Shown here: positions 9,462-19,870 of the stretch, one piece after another
Numbering within the stretch: position 1 is the first letter of the stretch
Layout of the letters: every line of letters starts with the position of its first letter
From: Candidatus Sumerlaeia bacterium
Lineage (GTDB): Bacteria; Sumerlaeota; Sumerlaeia; SLMS01; JANRJK01
DNA: 64,000 nt
Direction: 5' to 3'
Assembly: GCA_033764015.1 (NCBI GenBank)
Contig: JANRJK010000002.1
Coordinates: forward strand, 160,001 to 224,000
The notes under the pieces: generated by a model
The model's input: only the letters and a program-made list of their open reading frames with translations
Database searches by the model: none
Told to the model about the DNA's origin: nothing
Position numbers and translations under genes: made by a program

Positions 9462-10789
9462 CACTCCCGCGGAAGGTCCGGGCGGCGTTGCCGGCACTCC
9501 TGCTGGCGGTGGCCGCGCTGCTCTACCTCCAGCGGCAAGTCCTCCCGCTCCTGGGCGACCGCGGCACCGGCGTTGCCGGCCTCGCGTCGCACGCGAACGA
9601 TTTCAAGCACCTCTACCTCGGTGCGTTCCTCCTCCGGAACGATGTTTCGCCGTTCGACGAGGTGGCGATCCGTTCGCAGGCGGCGGAGCGCTCCCTAGCC
9701 GAAGACCCCCGGTTCCGCACGATCCTTCCCTACGTGTACCTCCCGTTCACCGGGGTCGTGCTGTCGCCGCTCACCCGGCTGGGCTTCGCGGACGCGGTCG
9801 TGGCGTGGCAGCTCGCGAACCACCTGATGCTGCTGGGGGCCCTCGCGCTCTTGGCGGCGGGAGCGCTGCCGGGGGACCGGCTTCCCTTGTTCGGCGTGCT
9901 GCTCTTGATGGCGTCGCTCGACGGAGCGCTCTTCCGGCAGAACAACGCGGGGCAGCTAAACGTCGTGCTGCTCTTCGGCTATGCGCTGGTGTGGCGGCTG
10001 CTTTCCGCAGGCGCGCCCGCGTGGGCGCTCGGGACCGCGGCGGCGTTCTTCGCTCTGTTCAAGCTCTCGCCGGGAATCCTGTTCGCCTGGCTGCTGCTGC
10101 GAGGGAAGAGTCTCGCGGCGGTGTGGATGGCGGGCGCAGGCGCGGCCTTGCTGCTGCTGAGCCTGCTCTTCGCGCGCGCAGGCTTCTACCTTGAGTTCCT
10201 CCCGCAACTGGAAGCGATGCGCTACGGGCGCTCCACCTGGGAGCACCTCGGCATGACCTTCTGGCGCGACCCCTACAACCAGTCGATCAACGCGCTGCTG
10301 CACCGGACGCTGGTGCCGTTCGAGGGCAGCGGCATCACCCCGTGGGCCGCGCTGCCGCCGGGCGCGGCGAACGCGCTCACCTGGCTGGCGAGTATCGCGG
10401 TCATCGCCCTGCTGCTGCGCGCCGGAAGGCGAAGCCCCGCGGAGGCGCCACCCTTCGCCGCCGCGGTGGCGGCCAGCCTCCTCCTCCCCAGCCTGATGTG
10501 GGACCACTACCTGGTGCAGCTTTACGCCGCGGGGGCCGTCCTTTGGATCGGCCGGGGGGATTCGGGGAGCCCCCGCTGGCTTCCGTGGACCCTTAGTTTG
10601 GCTTGGGTTGTTTCCGCGGTTCCGGTCGCGCTGGACGCGGAGCCCCTGCGCTCGGGCCCGGGGGTGGCGCTGATGTCGGTCAAGCTGCTCCCTCCGGTTG
10701 CCATCTTCGGCGCCGCCGTGTTGCTTTCGCGGCGCGGGCAGGCTGATTCCTTGACGCCTGCCAACCCTGCGGCACACTCGGCCCCGTGA
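9458..10789 (+). CDS. GT87/DUF2029-family membrane glycosyltransferase
   Basis: NDF..LY, PYVYLP, GQLN, FKLSP, NQSI, WDHY. TTG start overlaps the upstream TGA (TTGA). Confidence 0.8.
   Translation: MTLPRKVRAALPALLLAVAALLYLQRQVLPLLGDRGTGVAGLASHANDFKHLYLGAFLLRNDVSPFDEVAIRSQAAERSLAEDPRFRTILPYVYLPFTGVVLSPLTRLGFADAVVAWQLANHLMLLGALALLAAGALPGDRLPLFGVLLLMASLDGALFRQNNAGQLNVVLLFGYALVWRLLSAGAPAWALGTAAAFFALFKLSPGILFAWLLLRGKSLAAVWMAGAGAALLLLSLLFARAGFYLEFLPQLEAMRYGRSTWEHLGMTFWRDPYNQSINALLHRTLVPFEGSGITPWAALPPGAANALTWLASIAVIALLLRAGRRSPAEAPPFAAAVAASLLLPSLMWDHYLVQLYAAGAVLWIGRGDSGSPRWLPWTLSLAWVVSAVPVALDAEPLRSGPGVALMSVKLLPPVAIFGAAVLLSRRGQADSLTPANPAAHSAP
10751..10778 (+). promoter_or_regulatory. Candidate sigma70-like promoter giving a leaderless cysteine desulfurase mRNA
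   Basis: TTGACG-N16-CACACT, then 7 nt to the GTG start; no Shine-Dalgarno. Confidence 0.4.
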
Positions 10790-11943
10790 AGCACGTCTAC
10801 CTCGACCACAACTCGACGACTCCGCTGCTCCCGGAGGTCCTCGACACGATGATCCCCCTGATGGCGGACACGTGGGGGAACGCGTCCTCGACGCACCGGT
10901 ACGGGATCGAGGCGCGCTACGTGGTCGAGCGGTCGCGGCGCACGATCGAGTCGCTGATCGGCGCGCCGGACGATTCGCTGGTCATCACCAGCGGCGGCAG
11001 CGAGGCGAACAACCTGGCGATCCGAGGGGTGGCGCTCGAAGCGCGCCAGCTCGGCCTCGGGAACCACCTGCTCGTCGGGGCGGCGGAGCACAAGGCCGTG
11101 CTCGACACCGCGATGGACCTGCAGGCGCGGTTCGGCTTCCAGGTCACCTACCTTCGCCCCGACGCCTTCGGGCGGGCGCGGCCCGGCGCGGTGGCCCGGG
11201 CGCTCCGCGGCGACACCGTGCTCGTTGCCCTGATGCTCGCGAACAACGAACTCGGAACCATCAACCAAGTTGCGGACATCGCGCAGCTTGTCCTCGAACG
11301 CGCCCCCACCGCGCGAGTGCATTGCGACGCCGTGCAGGCGGCGGGACGCATCCACGTGGATGTCGGCAGGCTGCGGGTCGATACCCTGGCGCTGTCGGCG
11401 CACAAGATGTACGGCCCGAAAGGAGTCGGCGGGCTCTATATCCGCCCCGGTGTGCAGGTGGCGCGCCAGATCGCCGGCGGCGGGCAGGAGCGCTCCCTCC
11501 GAGCCGGCACGGAAAGTCCGGCGCTCGCCGCCGGTTTCGCGCGCGCCTTTGAACTGGCCGAGGACCTCCGCGACGGCGAGGCCGAGCGCCTCTCCCGCCT
11601 GCGCGAGGAGCTTTGGAAGATGCTATCGCAGCTCGGCCCGCAGATCGTGCGCAACTCCCCCGCGGAGGGCTGCCTTCCGGGCACGCTCAACGTCTCGCTG
11701 CTGGGCCTGGACGGACGTTCCGTCGCACGCGAGTTGGACGCGGAGGGCTTCGCCATCTCTGCCGGCAGCGCCTGCACCAGCGAAGGCGAGGAGGTGTCGC
11801 ACGTGATGGAGGCAATCGGCGCGGACCCGGAGCGCGCCCGCGGCGCGGTGCGCGTCAGCCTCGGACGCCAGACCACGCGCGAGGAGATCGAGGCGTTCGC
11901 CCGGGCCTTCCGCGCCCGCGTCCGGATGCTCGCCTCCGCCTGA
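10786..11943 (+). CDS. iscS: Cysteine desulfurase (IscS/NifS type)
   Basis: YLDHNSTT, GNASS, TSGGSEANN, HCDAVQ, PLP lysine in SAHKMYGPKG, GGGQERSLRAGT, catalytic SAGSAC. Confidence 0.9.
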   Translation: MKHVYLDHNSTTPLLPEVLDTMIPLMADTWGNASSTHRYGIEARYVVERSRRTIESLIGAPDDSLVITSGGSEANNLAIRGVALEARQLGLGNHLLVGAAEHKAVLDTAMDLQARFGFQVTYLRPDAFGRARPGAVARALRGDTVLVALMLANNELGTINQVADIAQLVLERAPTARVHCDAVQAAGRIHVDVGRLRVDTLALSAHKMYGPKGVGGLYIRPGVQVARQIAGGGQERSLRAGTESPALAAGFARAFELAEDLRDGEAERLSRLREELWKMLSQLGPQIVRNSPAEGCLPGTLNVSLLGLDGRSVARELDAEGFAISAGSACTSEGEEVSHVMEAIGADPERARGAVRVSLGRQTTREEIEAFARAFRARVRMLASA

Positions 11944-11995
11944 GCGGCGCCGCGACCGCTCGGCATCTTCCAGCGACCGCTCGCCCCCTCCCTGC

Positions 11996-12024
11996 TCGAC
12001 ATCGCGATCCGGGCGGGCGACGAT
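11996..12024 (+). promoter_or_regulatory. Candidate promoter giving a leaderless ABC ATPase mRNA
   Basis: TCGACA-N17-GACGAT, then 6 nt to ATG 12031. Confidence 0.35.
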
Positions 12025-12030
12025 CCCGGA

Positions 12031-12921
12031 ATGATCAACGTCAACGAACTCCGCATCCAGTACGGCGAATTCACCGCCGTCGACGGCGTCACCTTCGAGG
12101 TGCGCCGCAACGAGTGCTTCGGCCTGCTCGGGCCGAACGGCGCCGGCAAGACGACGACCTTCTCCGCGTTGGTCGGCCTGCTCCATCCCACCGGTGGCGC
12201 GGTGCTGCTGGATGGCGCGCACGATCCGCGCGAGGCCGCCGTGCGCCGCCGCGTGGGGATCGCCCCGCAGGCGCTCGCGCTCTACGACGAGCTGACCGCC
12301 CACGAGAACATCGAGTTCTTCGGACGCATGTACGGGCTCCGCGGCGGCGAACTCCGCGAGCGGGTCCGCGCGAGCCTCGAGTTCGTCGGCCTGCAGGACC
12401 GCGCCGGCTCGCCCGCGAAGACCTACTCCGGCGGCATGATGCGCCGACTCAACCTCGCCTGCGGCATCGTCCACGACCCCGAGCTGGTCCTGCTCGACGA
12501 GCCCACCGTCGGCGTCGACCCCCAGTCGCGGAACCAGATCTTCGCCAACATCGAGGAGTTGAAGCGCCGAGGGAAGACCATCGTCTATACGACGCACTAC
12601 ATGGAGGAGGTCGAGCGGCTCTGCGACCGGGTGCTCATCATGGACCGCGGGCGGGTGCTCGACCTCGGCACGGTGCCGGCGCTGATCGCGAGGCACGGCG
12701 GCGGCAGCGCCGTGACCGCCGAGCTCGCCGCGCCGCCCCCGCAGGGCGCCGAGCTGCCGGGCGTGCTTTCGGGCGATACGCTCCGGGTGCCGACCAACGA
12801 CGCGCTCGCCACGATCCGCGACCTCGATACGCGGGGCCTGAAGATCCGCCGCCTCTCCGTCGAGCAGCCCAGCCTCGAGGATGTCTTCCTCAACCTTACC
12901 GGAAGGAGCCTCCGCGACTGA
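12031..12921 (+). CDS. ABC-2 exporter ATP-binding protein
   Basis: Walker A GPNGAGKTT, signature YSGGM, LLDEPTVGVDP, TTHYMEE. Confidence 0.95.
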   Translation: MINVNELRIQYGEFTAVDGVTFEVRRNECFGLLGPNGAGKTTTFSALVGLLHPTGGAVLLDGAHDPREAAVRRRVGIAPQALALYDELTAHENIEFFGRMYGLRGGELRERVRASLEFVGLQDRAGSPAKTYSGGMMRRLNLACGIVHDPELVLLDEPTVGVDPQSRNQIFANIEELKRRGKTIVYTTHYMEEVERLCDRVLIMDRGRVLDLGTVPALIARHGGGSAVTAELAAPPPQGAELPGVLSGDTLRVPTNDALATIRDLDTRGLKIRRLSVEQPSLEDVFLNLTGRSLRD

Positions 12922-14249
12922 TGTACGAGATATCCGCGATCGCACTGAAGGACCTTCGGCTGCTGCTCAGGGATAAGGGCGGCTTGTTCTGGGTGGTGGG
13001 CTGGCCGTTCATCAATGCGATCATCTTCGGATTCCTGTTCAGCGGGGGCGGGGGAGGCTCGCTGGGAGGGCTGTCCCTCGCGGTGGTGGACAACGACCGC
13101 AGCGCGCTTTCCGCCGCCTATGTCGCAGAGCTCCGGAAGAACGACGCGCTCACGGTCGAGGAGCTCCCGCTCGAAGCGGCCAGAAACAAGGTGCGCAAAG
13201 GCCAGGCGGTCGCCGCGCTGTCGATCAACGACGGCTTCGGCGACGGCTTCGGCGGCCTCTTCGCCGACGCCGGCTCCACGCCGACCCTCCAGCTCCTGGT
13301 GGATCCATCGCGGACCGCCGAGCAGGGCTTCCTGCAGGGAATGCTGATCCAGGCGCAGTTCGGCGCCCTTTCCACGCGCTTCCAGGACCGCACCTTCATG
13401 CGCGGGCAGGTGGCGGAAGGGCTCGCCGCCCTCGACGACTACGACCCGGCGACCGCGGGAGCCTTCACGCCCGAGCAGCGCGACCTCGTGAAAGGCATGC
13501 TGCGCAGCGCGGACGACTTCTTCGCAAACGCCGACGACGAGGTGCTCTCGGGCGGACCCTTCGGGGGCGACTCGGGCGGCGGCGCGGGCTTCGACCTCGC
13601 GATCCCCGTGGTCGGGATCGAACGCGAGGCGAACCCGAACAATCCGCCCACGGCGTTCTCGATCACCTTCCCGTCCGGAATGCTTTGGGGCCTGCTGGCC
13701 TGCTGCGCGACGTTCGCCGTGTCGATCGTGCAGGAACGCGAACGCGGCACCCTGCGGCGGCTGCGGATCTCGCCGGTCACGCCCCGGGACATCCTCCTGG
13801 GCAAGGGCCTCGCGTGCTTCGTGGCATGCCTGTTTGTGCTGGCGATGCTGCTCGTGGCCGGAGCGCTCTTCTTCGGGCTCACGGTGCGGTCGTTGCCGTT
13901 CTTCGCGATGAGCGCCGTCTCCGCCGCGTTCGCGTTCGTCGGGATCATGATGCTGCTTTCGACCATGGGACGGACGGAGCGCGCCGTGGGCGGCTCGGCC
14001 TGGGCGGTGCTGCTTGTGGTGGCGCTGCTGGGGGGCGGGATGGTGCCGCTGCTCTTCATGCCCGAGTTCATGCGGAGCCTGTCCAAACTGAGCCCCGGTC
14101 GCTGGGCGGTGTATGCCTTCGAGGGCGCGATCTGGCGCCCGCTGCCGGCGGCGGAAATGCTCCCCGCATGGCTCGTGCTGGTGGGAGTCGGCGCCGTCGG
14201 CTGCGCGCTCGGCGCCTGGCTCCTGCGGCGGAGCGAAGCGGCGGACTGA
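12921..14249 (+). CDS. ABC-2 exporter permease
   Basis: KDLRLLLRD, TM1, large extracytoplasmic loop, ERERGTLRRL, about 5 more TMs. TGATG coupling to the ATPase. Confidence 0.9.
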   Translation: MYEISAIALKDLRLLLRDKGGLFWVVGWPFINAIIFGFLFSGGGGGSLGGLSLAVVDNDRSALSAAYVAELRKNDALTVEELPLEAARNKVRKGQAVAALSINDGFGDGFGGLFADAGSTPTLQLLVDPSRTAEQGFLQGMLIQAQFGALSTRFQDRTFMRGQVAEGLAALDDYDPATAGAFTPEQRDLVKGMLRSADDFFANADDEVLSGGPFGGDSGGGAGFDLAIPVVGIEREANPNNPPTAFSITFPSGMLWGLLACCATFAVSIVQERERGTLRRLRISPVTPRDILLGKGLACFVACLFVLAMLLVAGALFFGLTVRSLPFFAMSAVSAAFAFVGIMMLLSTMGRTERAVGGSAWAVLLVVALLGGGMVPLLFMPEFMRSLSKLSPGRWAVYAFEGAIWRPLPAAEMLPAWLVLVGVGAVGCALGAWLLRRSEAAD

Positions 14250-14371
14250 CCGTCCGGCGCGCGAAAAGGCGTGTTGCCCCGCCCGGCGCAGGGCGGCGCT
14301 CTTTCACAGTGCCCACGTGCACGGGTGCGCGCCGCATCCACGACCTTTCAGAAAGCTCCGCGACCGACAAC

Positions 14372-15124
14372 ATGCTCCAACAGTTCCAGGTTCCCTCGAT
14401 CCTCCTCGGCCTCTTCCTCCGCAAGTTCGAGCCGGGCGACATGAAAAAGCTCTCCGAGACGCTTCCCTGGCGCCTGCCCGAGTTCGACGGCGAAGTCGCC
14501 GTGAACCGCCAACTCCCGCAGAACGCCCCCGCCGACGTCCCGCGCGTCGCCTTCATGAGCAAGGACCGCCGCAAGGTGATCGAGATCGCGCCCGCGAAGC
14601 TCCAGTTCCGCTGCGTGCCCGGCGAGCTGGTCCCCGGCGAGAACAACCAGATGGGCCTCAAGACCGTCCAGTTCGACGCCGCAATGGAGACCTTCGCGCC
14701 GCTCGCGCTCAAGGTGCACTCGGTCTTCAGCGAGCACTACGGCCTGACCGCGAACCGCATCGGCGTGCTGACCGAGTTCCTCGCCGGCACCGGCGGCTCC
14801 GCCAACCAGCGCATGCACCAGCACCTCCTCGCGGGGCGCGACCTGCTCGGCGAGCGCTTCCAGGAGCTGCAGATCAACGCCCTCACCCGCATCACGCTCG
14901 GCAACGGCCGCGGCGCCAACCGCTGGCTCCGCATCGGCACCATCCGGGGCGGCCAGGACGGCCAGTCCGACGTCGCCATGCGCATCGAGGCCGATGTCAA
15001 CACGCTGCAGGAGGACACCTACGACCTCTCCGCGGCGGACATCGAGGGCTTCATCGGCGACGTCCGCACGCACCTGAGCGAAAAGGTGCCGTTCTTCAAC
15101 AACGAGGAACTGTTCAAGAGCTGA
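14372..15124 (+). CDS. Hypothetical soluble protein (possibly TIGR04255-like)
   Basis: Strong C/G third-position bias; FDGE..LPQNAPADVPR..EIAPAKLQF, NRIG, DVNT pattern. Confidence 0.6.
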   Translation: MLQQFQVPSILLGLFLRKFEPGDMKKLSETLPWRLPEFDGEVAVNRQLPQNAPADVPRVAFMSKDRRKVIEIAPAKLQFRCVPGELVPGENNQMGLKTVQFDAAMETFAPLALKVHSVFSEHYGLTANRIGVLTEFLAGTGGSANQRMHQHLLAGRDLLGERFQELQINALTRITLGNGRGANRWLRIGTIRGGQDGQSDVAMRIEADVNTLQEDTYDLSAADIEGFIGDVRTHLSEKVPFFNNEELFKS

Positions 15125-15132
15125 GGCAACCC

Positions 15133-16659
15133 ATGGCGGCGCTTCACCCCGAGGGCAGGGCCGGCCGCCCGGTGTGGGGATCGCGTCTCGAACGCGGCCC
15201 CCACGCCGGGTCCCTCCGCTATACCTCCGGATGGGATGTGCGGTCGCGCCCCGCGGCCGACCTGCGCCTCGCGGAGCACGACCTCGATACGAACGCCGCG
15301 CACCTCGCGATGCTCGCTTCGACCGGCATCCTCGACCGCGCGGACGCCGGCCGCATCGCCGCCGCCCTCCTCGACCTCCGCGACGCCCCCCCCGAGGCGC
15401 TCCTGCTCGAGGATTGCGAAGACATCCACATGTCCGTCGAGGCGCTGCTCACGCGCTCGGCCGGTCCCGCCGCCGGCGCGATCCACACGGCGCGCTCGCG
15501 CAACGACCAGGTCGCCACGGACATCCGGCTCTGGCTCCGGGGCGAAACAATCGGCTTCGGGCAGGGCGCCGCCCGCCTCGCGCTCGCCATCGCCGCCCAC
15601 GCCCGCGAGAACGCCAACCTCGTCTGCCCGGGCTTCACCCACGCGCAGCCCGCGATGCTCTCCACCTGGGGGCATTGGACCGCTTCCTGGCTCGCACCGG
15701 TCGCCCGCCTGGTGAAGCGCGCCACGGCGCTCCTCGCGGAACTCGACGAGTGCCCGCTCGGCGCCGCCGCGGGCTTCGGCACCTCTTGGCCCATCGACCG
15801 CGCGTTCACCGCGAAGCTCCTCGGCTTCTCGTCGCCGACGCGCCACAGTTTCGAAGGCACCGCGACCCGCGGGGAGCTCGAGGCGCGCTTCGCCATGCTG
15901 GCGGCGGAGCTCCTCGGCCAGCTCTCGCGCACCGCGCAGGACCTCGTTTTCGCCTCATCGCCGCCCCGCGAGTGGGTGCGCCTGCCCGACAGCTTCGTCA
16001 CCGGCAGTTCGATCATGCCGAACAAGCGGAACCCCGACGTCGCCGAGGTGACGCTGGGGCGCACGGCGCTTGCCAGGGGCTACGTCGAGGCGCTGCTGGG
16101 CTCCGTCGGGATGCTGCCCGGCGGCTACAACCGCGGCCTGCAGTGGACCAAGTACGTCCTGTTCGACGCGGCGGACAACTTCGAGGGCGCGGCGGAGGTC
16201 TTCGCGGACCTGCTCATGGAGCTCGAAACGCGTCCGGAGCCGATGCGCGCCGCCTGCTCGGTGGGCTTCCTCGAAGCGGCCGACCTCGCGGACCGGATAA
16301 GCTCCCGCGACCGCCTGCCGTTCCGCACCGTCTACAAGTTCGTGGGCGAGGCGGTCCGCCGCTGCGACCCGGCCGGACGCTTCGACCGCGCGTCGATCGA
16401 CGCGGTGCTCGCGGAAAGCGGCGTGGCGCCGTTGCGCGACGAGGACTGGGCATGGCTCTGCGATCCGGACGCGCTCGTCGCCTCGCGCGACCAGCATGGC
16501 AGCCCGGCGCCGAAGCGCGTGCTCGAATCCGTCGACGCGTTGACGCAGTCGGTGAAGGCCGACGCCGCGCTCCTGCTCCGCGAGCAGGAGCGGATCGCCG
16601 CCGCGCGCGAGTCGCTCTGGGAGCGAATCGCCGCGCTGTCGGCGAATCCGGCCTCCTGA
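15133..16659 (+). CDS. argH: Argininosuccinate lyase (divergent)
   Basis: EDIHM, HTARSRNDQVATD, PGFTH, PLGAAAGFG, SS-loop TGSSIMPNKRNPD. Confidence 0.85.
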   Translation: MAALHPEGRAGRPVWGSRLERGPHAGSLRYTSGWDVRSRPAADLRLAEHDLDTNAAHLAMLASTGILDRADAGRIAAALLDLRDAPPEALLLEDCEDIHMSVEALLTRSAGPAAGAIHTARSRNDQVATDIRLWLRGETIGFGQGAARLALAIAAHARENANLVCPGFTHAQPAMLSTWGHWTASWLAPVARLVKRATALLAELDECPLGAAAGFGTSWPIDRAFTAKLLGFSSPTRHSFEGTATRGELEARFAMLAAELLGQLSRTAQDLVFASSPPREWVRLPDSFVTGSSIMPNKRNPDVAEVTLGRTALARGYVEALLGSVGMLPGGYNRGLQWTKYVLFDAADNFEGAAEVFADLLMELETRPEPMRAACSVGFLEAADLADRISSRDRLPFRTVYKFVGEAVRRCDPAGRFDRASIDAVLAESGVAPLRDEDWAWLCDPDALVASRDQHGSPAPKRVLESVDALTQSVKADAALLLREQERIAAARESLWERIAALSANPAS

Positions 16660-16675
16660 GCCAGCCGGAGCCCCC

Positions 16676-18538
16676 ATGCCCGCCGAGGCCCGCCCCCGCC
16701 GCCGACCGCCCCGGTGGCTGACGCGCGAGGGCACCCGCTGGATCCACCTGCCTCTCGTCGCGCCGTTCCTCATCCTCTTCCTCCTCACAGCGTTCCCGCG
16801 GCTGTGGACGCCCTATTGCCTGGAATGGAACGAAGGGCACTCGGCGGAGCAGGCGTGGCGCGTGGTGCTCGGACAGCCGCTTTATCCCGCGCCGGAGTCC
16901 GGCTGGGTTCCGTACATCTACGCGCCGGGCTACCACCTAGCGTTCGGGGCGCTGATGAAGTGGTTCGAACTGCCGCACCTCGGCCTCGGGCGGCTCGTCT
17001 CCCTCGGGGCCTCGCTACTGATGCTCCCCGCGCTCTTCCTCGCGGTCCGGGACCGCACCGCGCGCGTGGCGCCCGCGCTGCTGGCGCCGCTGCTCTACGC
17101 CGCCTTCTACGAAGCGAGCGGCTTCTGGTACGACATCGCGCGGACGGACGCGCTGGCGAACGGCCTCGCGGCGTGGGGGCTGTATCTTACGCTCAAGCGG
17201 CGCCCCACCGCGGTCGACGCGTTCCTCGGACTCCTCTGCCTGGGGCTTTCCGCGCTGACCAAGCAGCCAATGGCCGCGCCCGCCCTGTTCGCGGCCGGCT
17301 GGCTCCTCGCCCGGCACTGGCGGCGCGCGCGCTGGCCCGCGGTCCTCGCCGCGGCGGTCCTCGCCAACGCGGTGCTGCTCTTCGTTTCGGACGGCAACAC
17401 CCACTTCGCGCACTACGCCTTCGGCAACGCGCTGAAGCACGGCAACAACCCGGCGGTCGCCATGCCCGCCAGCCAGCTCCCCGAAACCTTCCGAGCGGAG
17501 CTGCCGCCGGAGGCCGGCTGGCGCGCCGCCCTCTTCCTCTACCTCGAGCAGAGCCTCGACGCGCCGCCGCCGATCTGGTCCGAAGCGTTCCGGCACCAAT
17601 GGCTACTCTGGCTGCTCGCGGGCGCGTGGCTGGCGTTGGCGGCGCATTCTGGGCGCTGGCCGCGCGGCTGGCCCTACGGGCCGGTCGCGCTGCTCCTCCT
17701 CTGGGGGAGCGTTTCGGGGTACCTCAAGGTGGGCGGCTACGTGAACAACTTCATGGGTGCGTACCTCGGGCTCGCGCTGCTGGTTCCCTTCGCGGTCGAG
17801 GGTGTCCACCGCGCCTTCAAGGGCTGGGCGCAAGGGCTCGCCGACGGCGTGGTGGCGGGACTCGTCGCGGCGCAGATCTTCCAGCCGTGGAACGTGCCCT
17901 CGCTGGAGGACGCGGCGGCGCGGTTCCGCGTGCTCGAGTCGGAGCCCGACGCGGCGCGCCGCGAAGTGCTGGCGCGTTCCTTCCGCGCCCGCGGGGCGAG
18001 CTACTACGTGACCGGCGGATGGCTTGTGGCGCTCGAGGTGAAGGCGCGCCAGCTCGCCCTCGGGGGACTCTTCCACCTGCCCGGAGACCAGCGCCCGCCA
18101 GCCCCCTCGGACGCCGCCTGGGAGAGGATGCAATCGTGGCTGCGCGAGCGGCGCCGCCTCGGCGAGCGCGTCTGGGTCGCACACCAGCAGTGGTACGCCC
18201 TCCTCGCCGGACATGAGCCCTCCTACAACATCGACATGGCGCGTTGCGCCGAGTACGCGGGCCAGCCGCCCCCCGCCGCACTCGAGGAAGCGGTTCGCCG
18301 CCAGAGCTTCGATTGGATCGTGCTCGACATGATGGACCTCGAGTTCGAGTGGCTGCCGAGCGGCTTGAAGCAGGTGATCGCGGAGGGGTACGAGTTCCAC
18401 TCCTTCCTGCCCTTCTACGGCGAGCCGCCGGATGGCCGGGCGATGATGCCGCTCACCGGGGCGGCGGTGCGCCCGGTCGCGCTGTACCGCTCGCGGGCGT
18501 TCCCTCTTCGGGCAATCAACCCATGGAAAATCGAATAA
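16676..18538 (+). CDS. Polytopic membrane protein, GT39/PMT-like GT-C glycosyltransferase
   Basis: EWNEG, PYIYAPGY, GRLVS, WYDIARTD, TKQ; many TMs and a soluble C-terminal domain. Confidence 0.6.
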   Translation: MPAEARPRRRPPRWLTREGTRWIHLPLVAPFLILFLLTAFPRLWTPYCLEWNEGHSAEQAWRVVLGQPLYPAPESGWVPYIYAPGYHLAFGALMKWFELPHLGLGRLVSLGASLLMLPALFLAVRDRTARVAPALLAPLLYAAFYEASGFWYDIARTDALANGLAAWGLYLTLKRRPTAVDAFLGLLCLGLSALTKQPMAAPALFAAGWLLARHWRRARWPAVLAAAVLANAVLLFVSDGNTHFAHYAFGNALKHGNNPAVAMPASQLPETFRAELPPEAGWRAALFLYLEQSLDAPPPIWSEAFRHQWLLWLLAGAWLALAAHSGRWPRGWPYGPVALLLLWGSVSGYLKVGGYVNNFMGAYLGLALLVPFAVEGVHRAFKGWAQGLADGVVAGLVAAQIFQPWNVPSLEDAAARFRVLESEPDAARREVLARSFRARGASYYVTGGWLVALEVKARQLALGGLFHLPGDQRPPAPSDAAWERMQSWLRERRRLGERVWVAHQQWYALLAGHEPSYNIDMARCAEYAGQPPPAALEEAVRRQSFDWIVLDMMDLEFEWLPSGLKQVIAEGYEFHSFLPFYGEPPDGRAMMPLTGAAVRPVALYRSRAFPLRAINPWKIE

Positions 18539-18619
18539 CTCGCTGAAAAAGAATCTCGCCCCGCACCGGAGCCCCGGGCTTTTATCCAGTCCTACACGAT
18601 CCCAGCCGGACTTCCACCC

Positions 18620-19849
18620 ATGCGCAACGTCATCTACGTCGTTCCCGTCCCGGGGGAGAATTCGCTCCTCTTCGCGGACGCCTTCCGCCGCCTCGACCGC
18701 GTGCGGCTCCTCGCCATCGTCCAGCGCCGCCCGAACGGCCCGCCGCCCGAGGTGCTAGAGCGCTTCGAACACATCGTGCAGGTGGACGACTGCTTCAGCA
18801 TCGAGCAGTTGGCCGCCGTGGTCCGCGGCTACGAGGAGCGCTACGGCAAGACGCACCGGATCGTGAGCGCGCTGGAGGAGTTGCAGCCGACGCTCGCCCG
18901 CGTCCGCGCCATGTGCCACATCGAGGGCATGATGCCGGACGCCGTGGACCGGTTCACGAACAAGGCGACGATGAAGCAGGCGCTCCGCGACGCCGGGATC
19001 GCGGTCGCGAAGTCGACCCTCGCGCCCGACTACGCCGCGGCCCGCGCTTTCGTCGACGGCCTGCTCAAGTACCCCGTCGTGGTGAAGCCCCCCGTCGGCG
19101 CGGGCACGCGCAACACGCACCTTTGCTCGAACGACGACGAACTCCGCGCGGCCATGGCCTCCGTCTCGCCGTCGACCGACTCGCCCGCGCAGATCGAGGA
19201 GTTCGTCGAGGGCGAGGAGTTCTCCTTCGACACGATCACCATCGACGGCAAGGTGCGCTTCACCTCCGTGACGCAGTACTTCCCGAATCCGCTCGAAGTG
19301 GTCCGCAACCCCTGGATCCAGTACAGCATCGTCATGCCCCGCGACACGGAGGCCGCCGAGTTCGCGGACATCCGCGCCATGGGCACCAAGGCGGTCGAGT
19401 CGCTCGGCATGGGCAGCGGCTTCACCCACATGGAGTGGTTCCGCCGCAAGGACGGCAGCGTCGTCATCAGCGAGGTCGCGGCCCGTCCCCCGGGCGTGCA
19501 GATCGTTCCGATGCTGAGCTACGCCCACGACGTCGACTTCCGCCGCGTCTGGACGCGCGCGGTGGTGGACAACGCGTACGACGGCCCCTGGGACCGCAAG
19601 TACGCCTGCGGCGTGGTGTTCCTCCGCGGCGTCGGCTCGGGATGGGTGTCCCGCGTCGATGGGCTCGACGAGATCAGCATGCGCCTCGGCAAGTACGTCG
19701 TCGACGCCCGCTTCCCGCAGGTCGGCGTGCCGAAGTCCTCGCATTACGAGGGCGAGGGCTACGTGGTGCTGCGCGCCCAGAACACCGAAACGATCCGCGA
19801 CTCGCTCCGCTTCATCCTGGACACGCTCCGCGTTTCGTACACGAACTGA
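18620..19849 (+). CDS. ATP-grasp domain carboxylate-amine ligase
   Basis: FTNKATMK, YPVVVKPPVGAG, IEEFVEGEEFS, HMEWF..ISEVAARPPG. Confidence 0.85.
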   Translation: MRNVIYVVPVPGENSLLFADAFRRLDRVRLLAIVQRRPNGPPPEVLERFEHIVQVDDCFSIEQLAAVVRGYEERYGKTHRIVSALEELQPTLARVRAMCHIEGMMPDAVDRFTNKATMKQALRDAGIAVAKSTLAPDYAAARAFVDGLLKYPVVVKPPVGAGTRNTHLCSNDDELRAAMASVSPSTDSPAQIEEFVEGEEFSFDTITIDGKVRFTSVTQYFPNPLEVVRNPWIQYSIVMPRDTEAAEFADIRAMGTKAVESLGMGSGFTHMEWFRRKDGSVVISEVAARPPGVQIVPMLSYAHDVDFRRVWTRAVVDNAYDGPWDRKYACGVVFLRGVGSGWVSRVDGLDEISMRLGKYVVDARFPQVGVPKSSHYEGEGYVVLRAQNTETIRDSLRFILDTLRVSYTN

Positions 19850-19870
19850 GCGGATCCGACCGGAGCAGTC

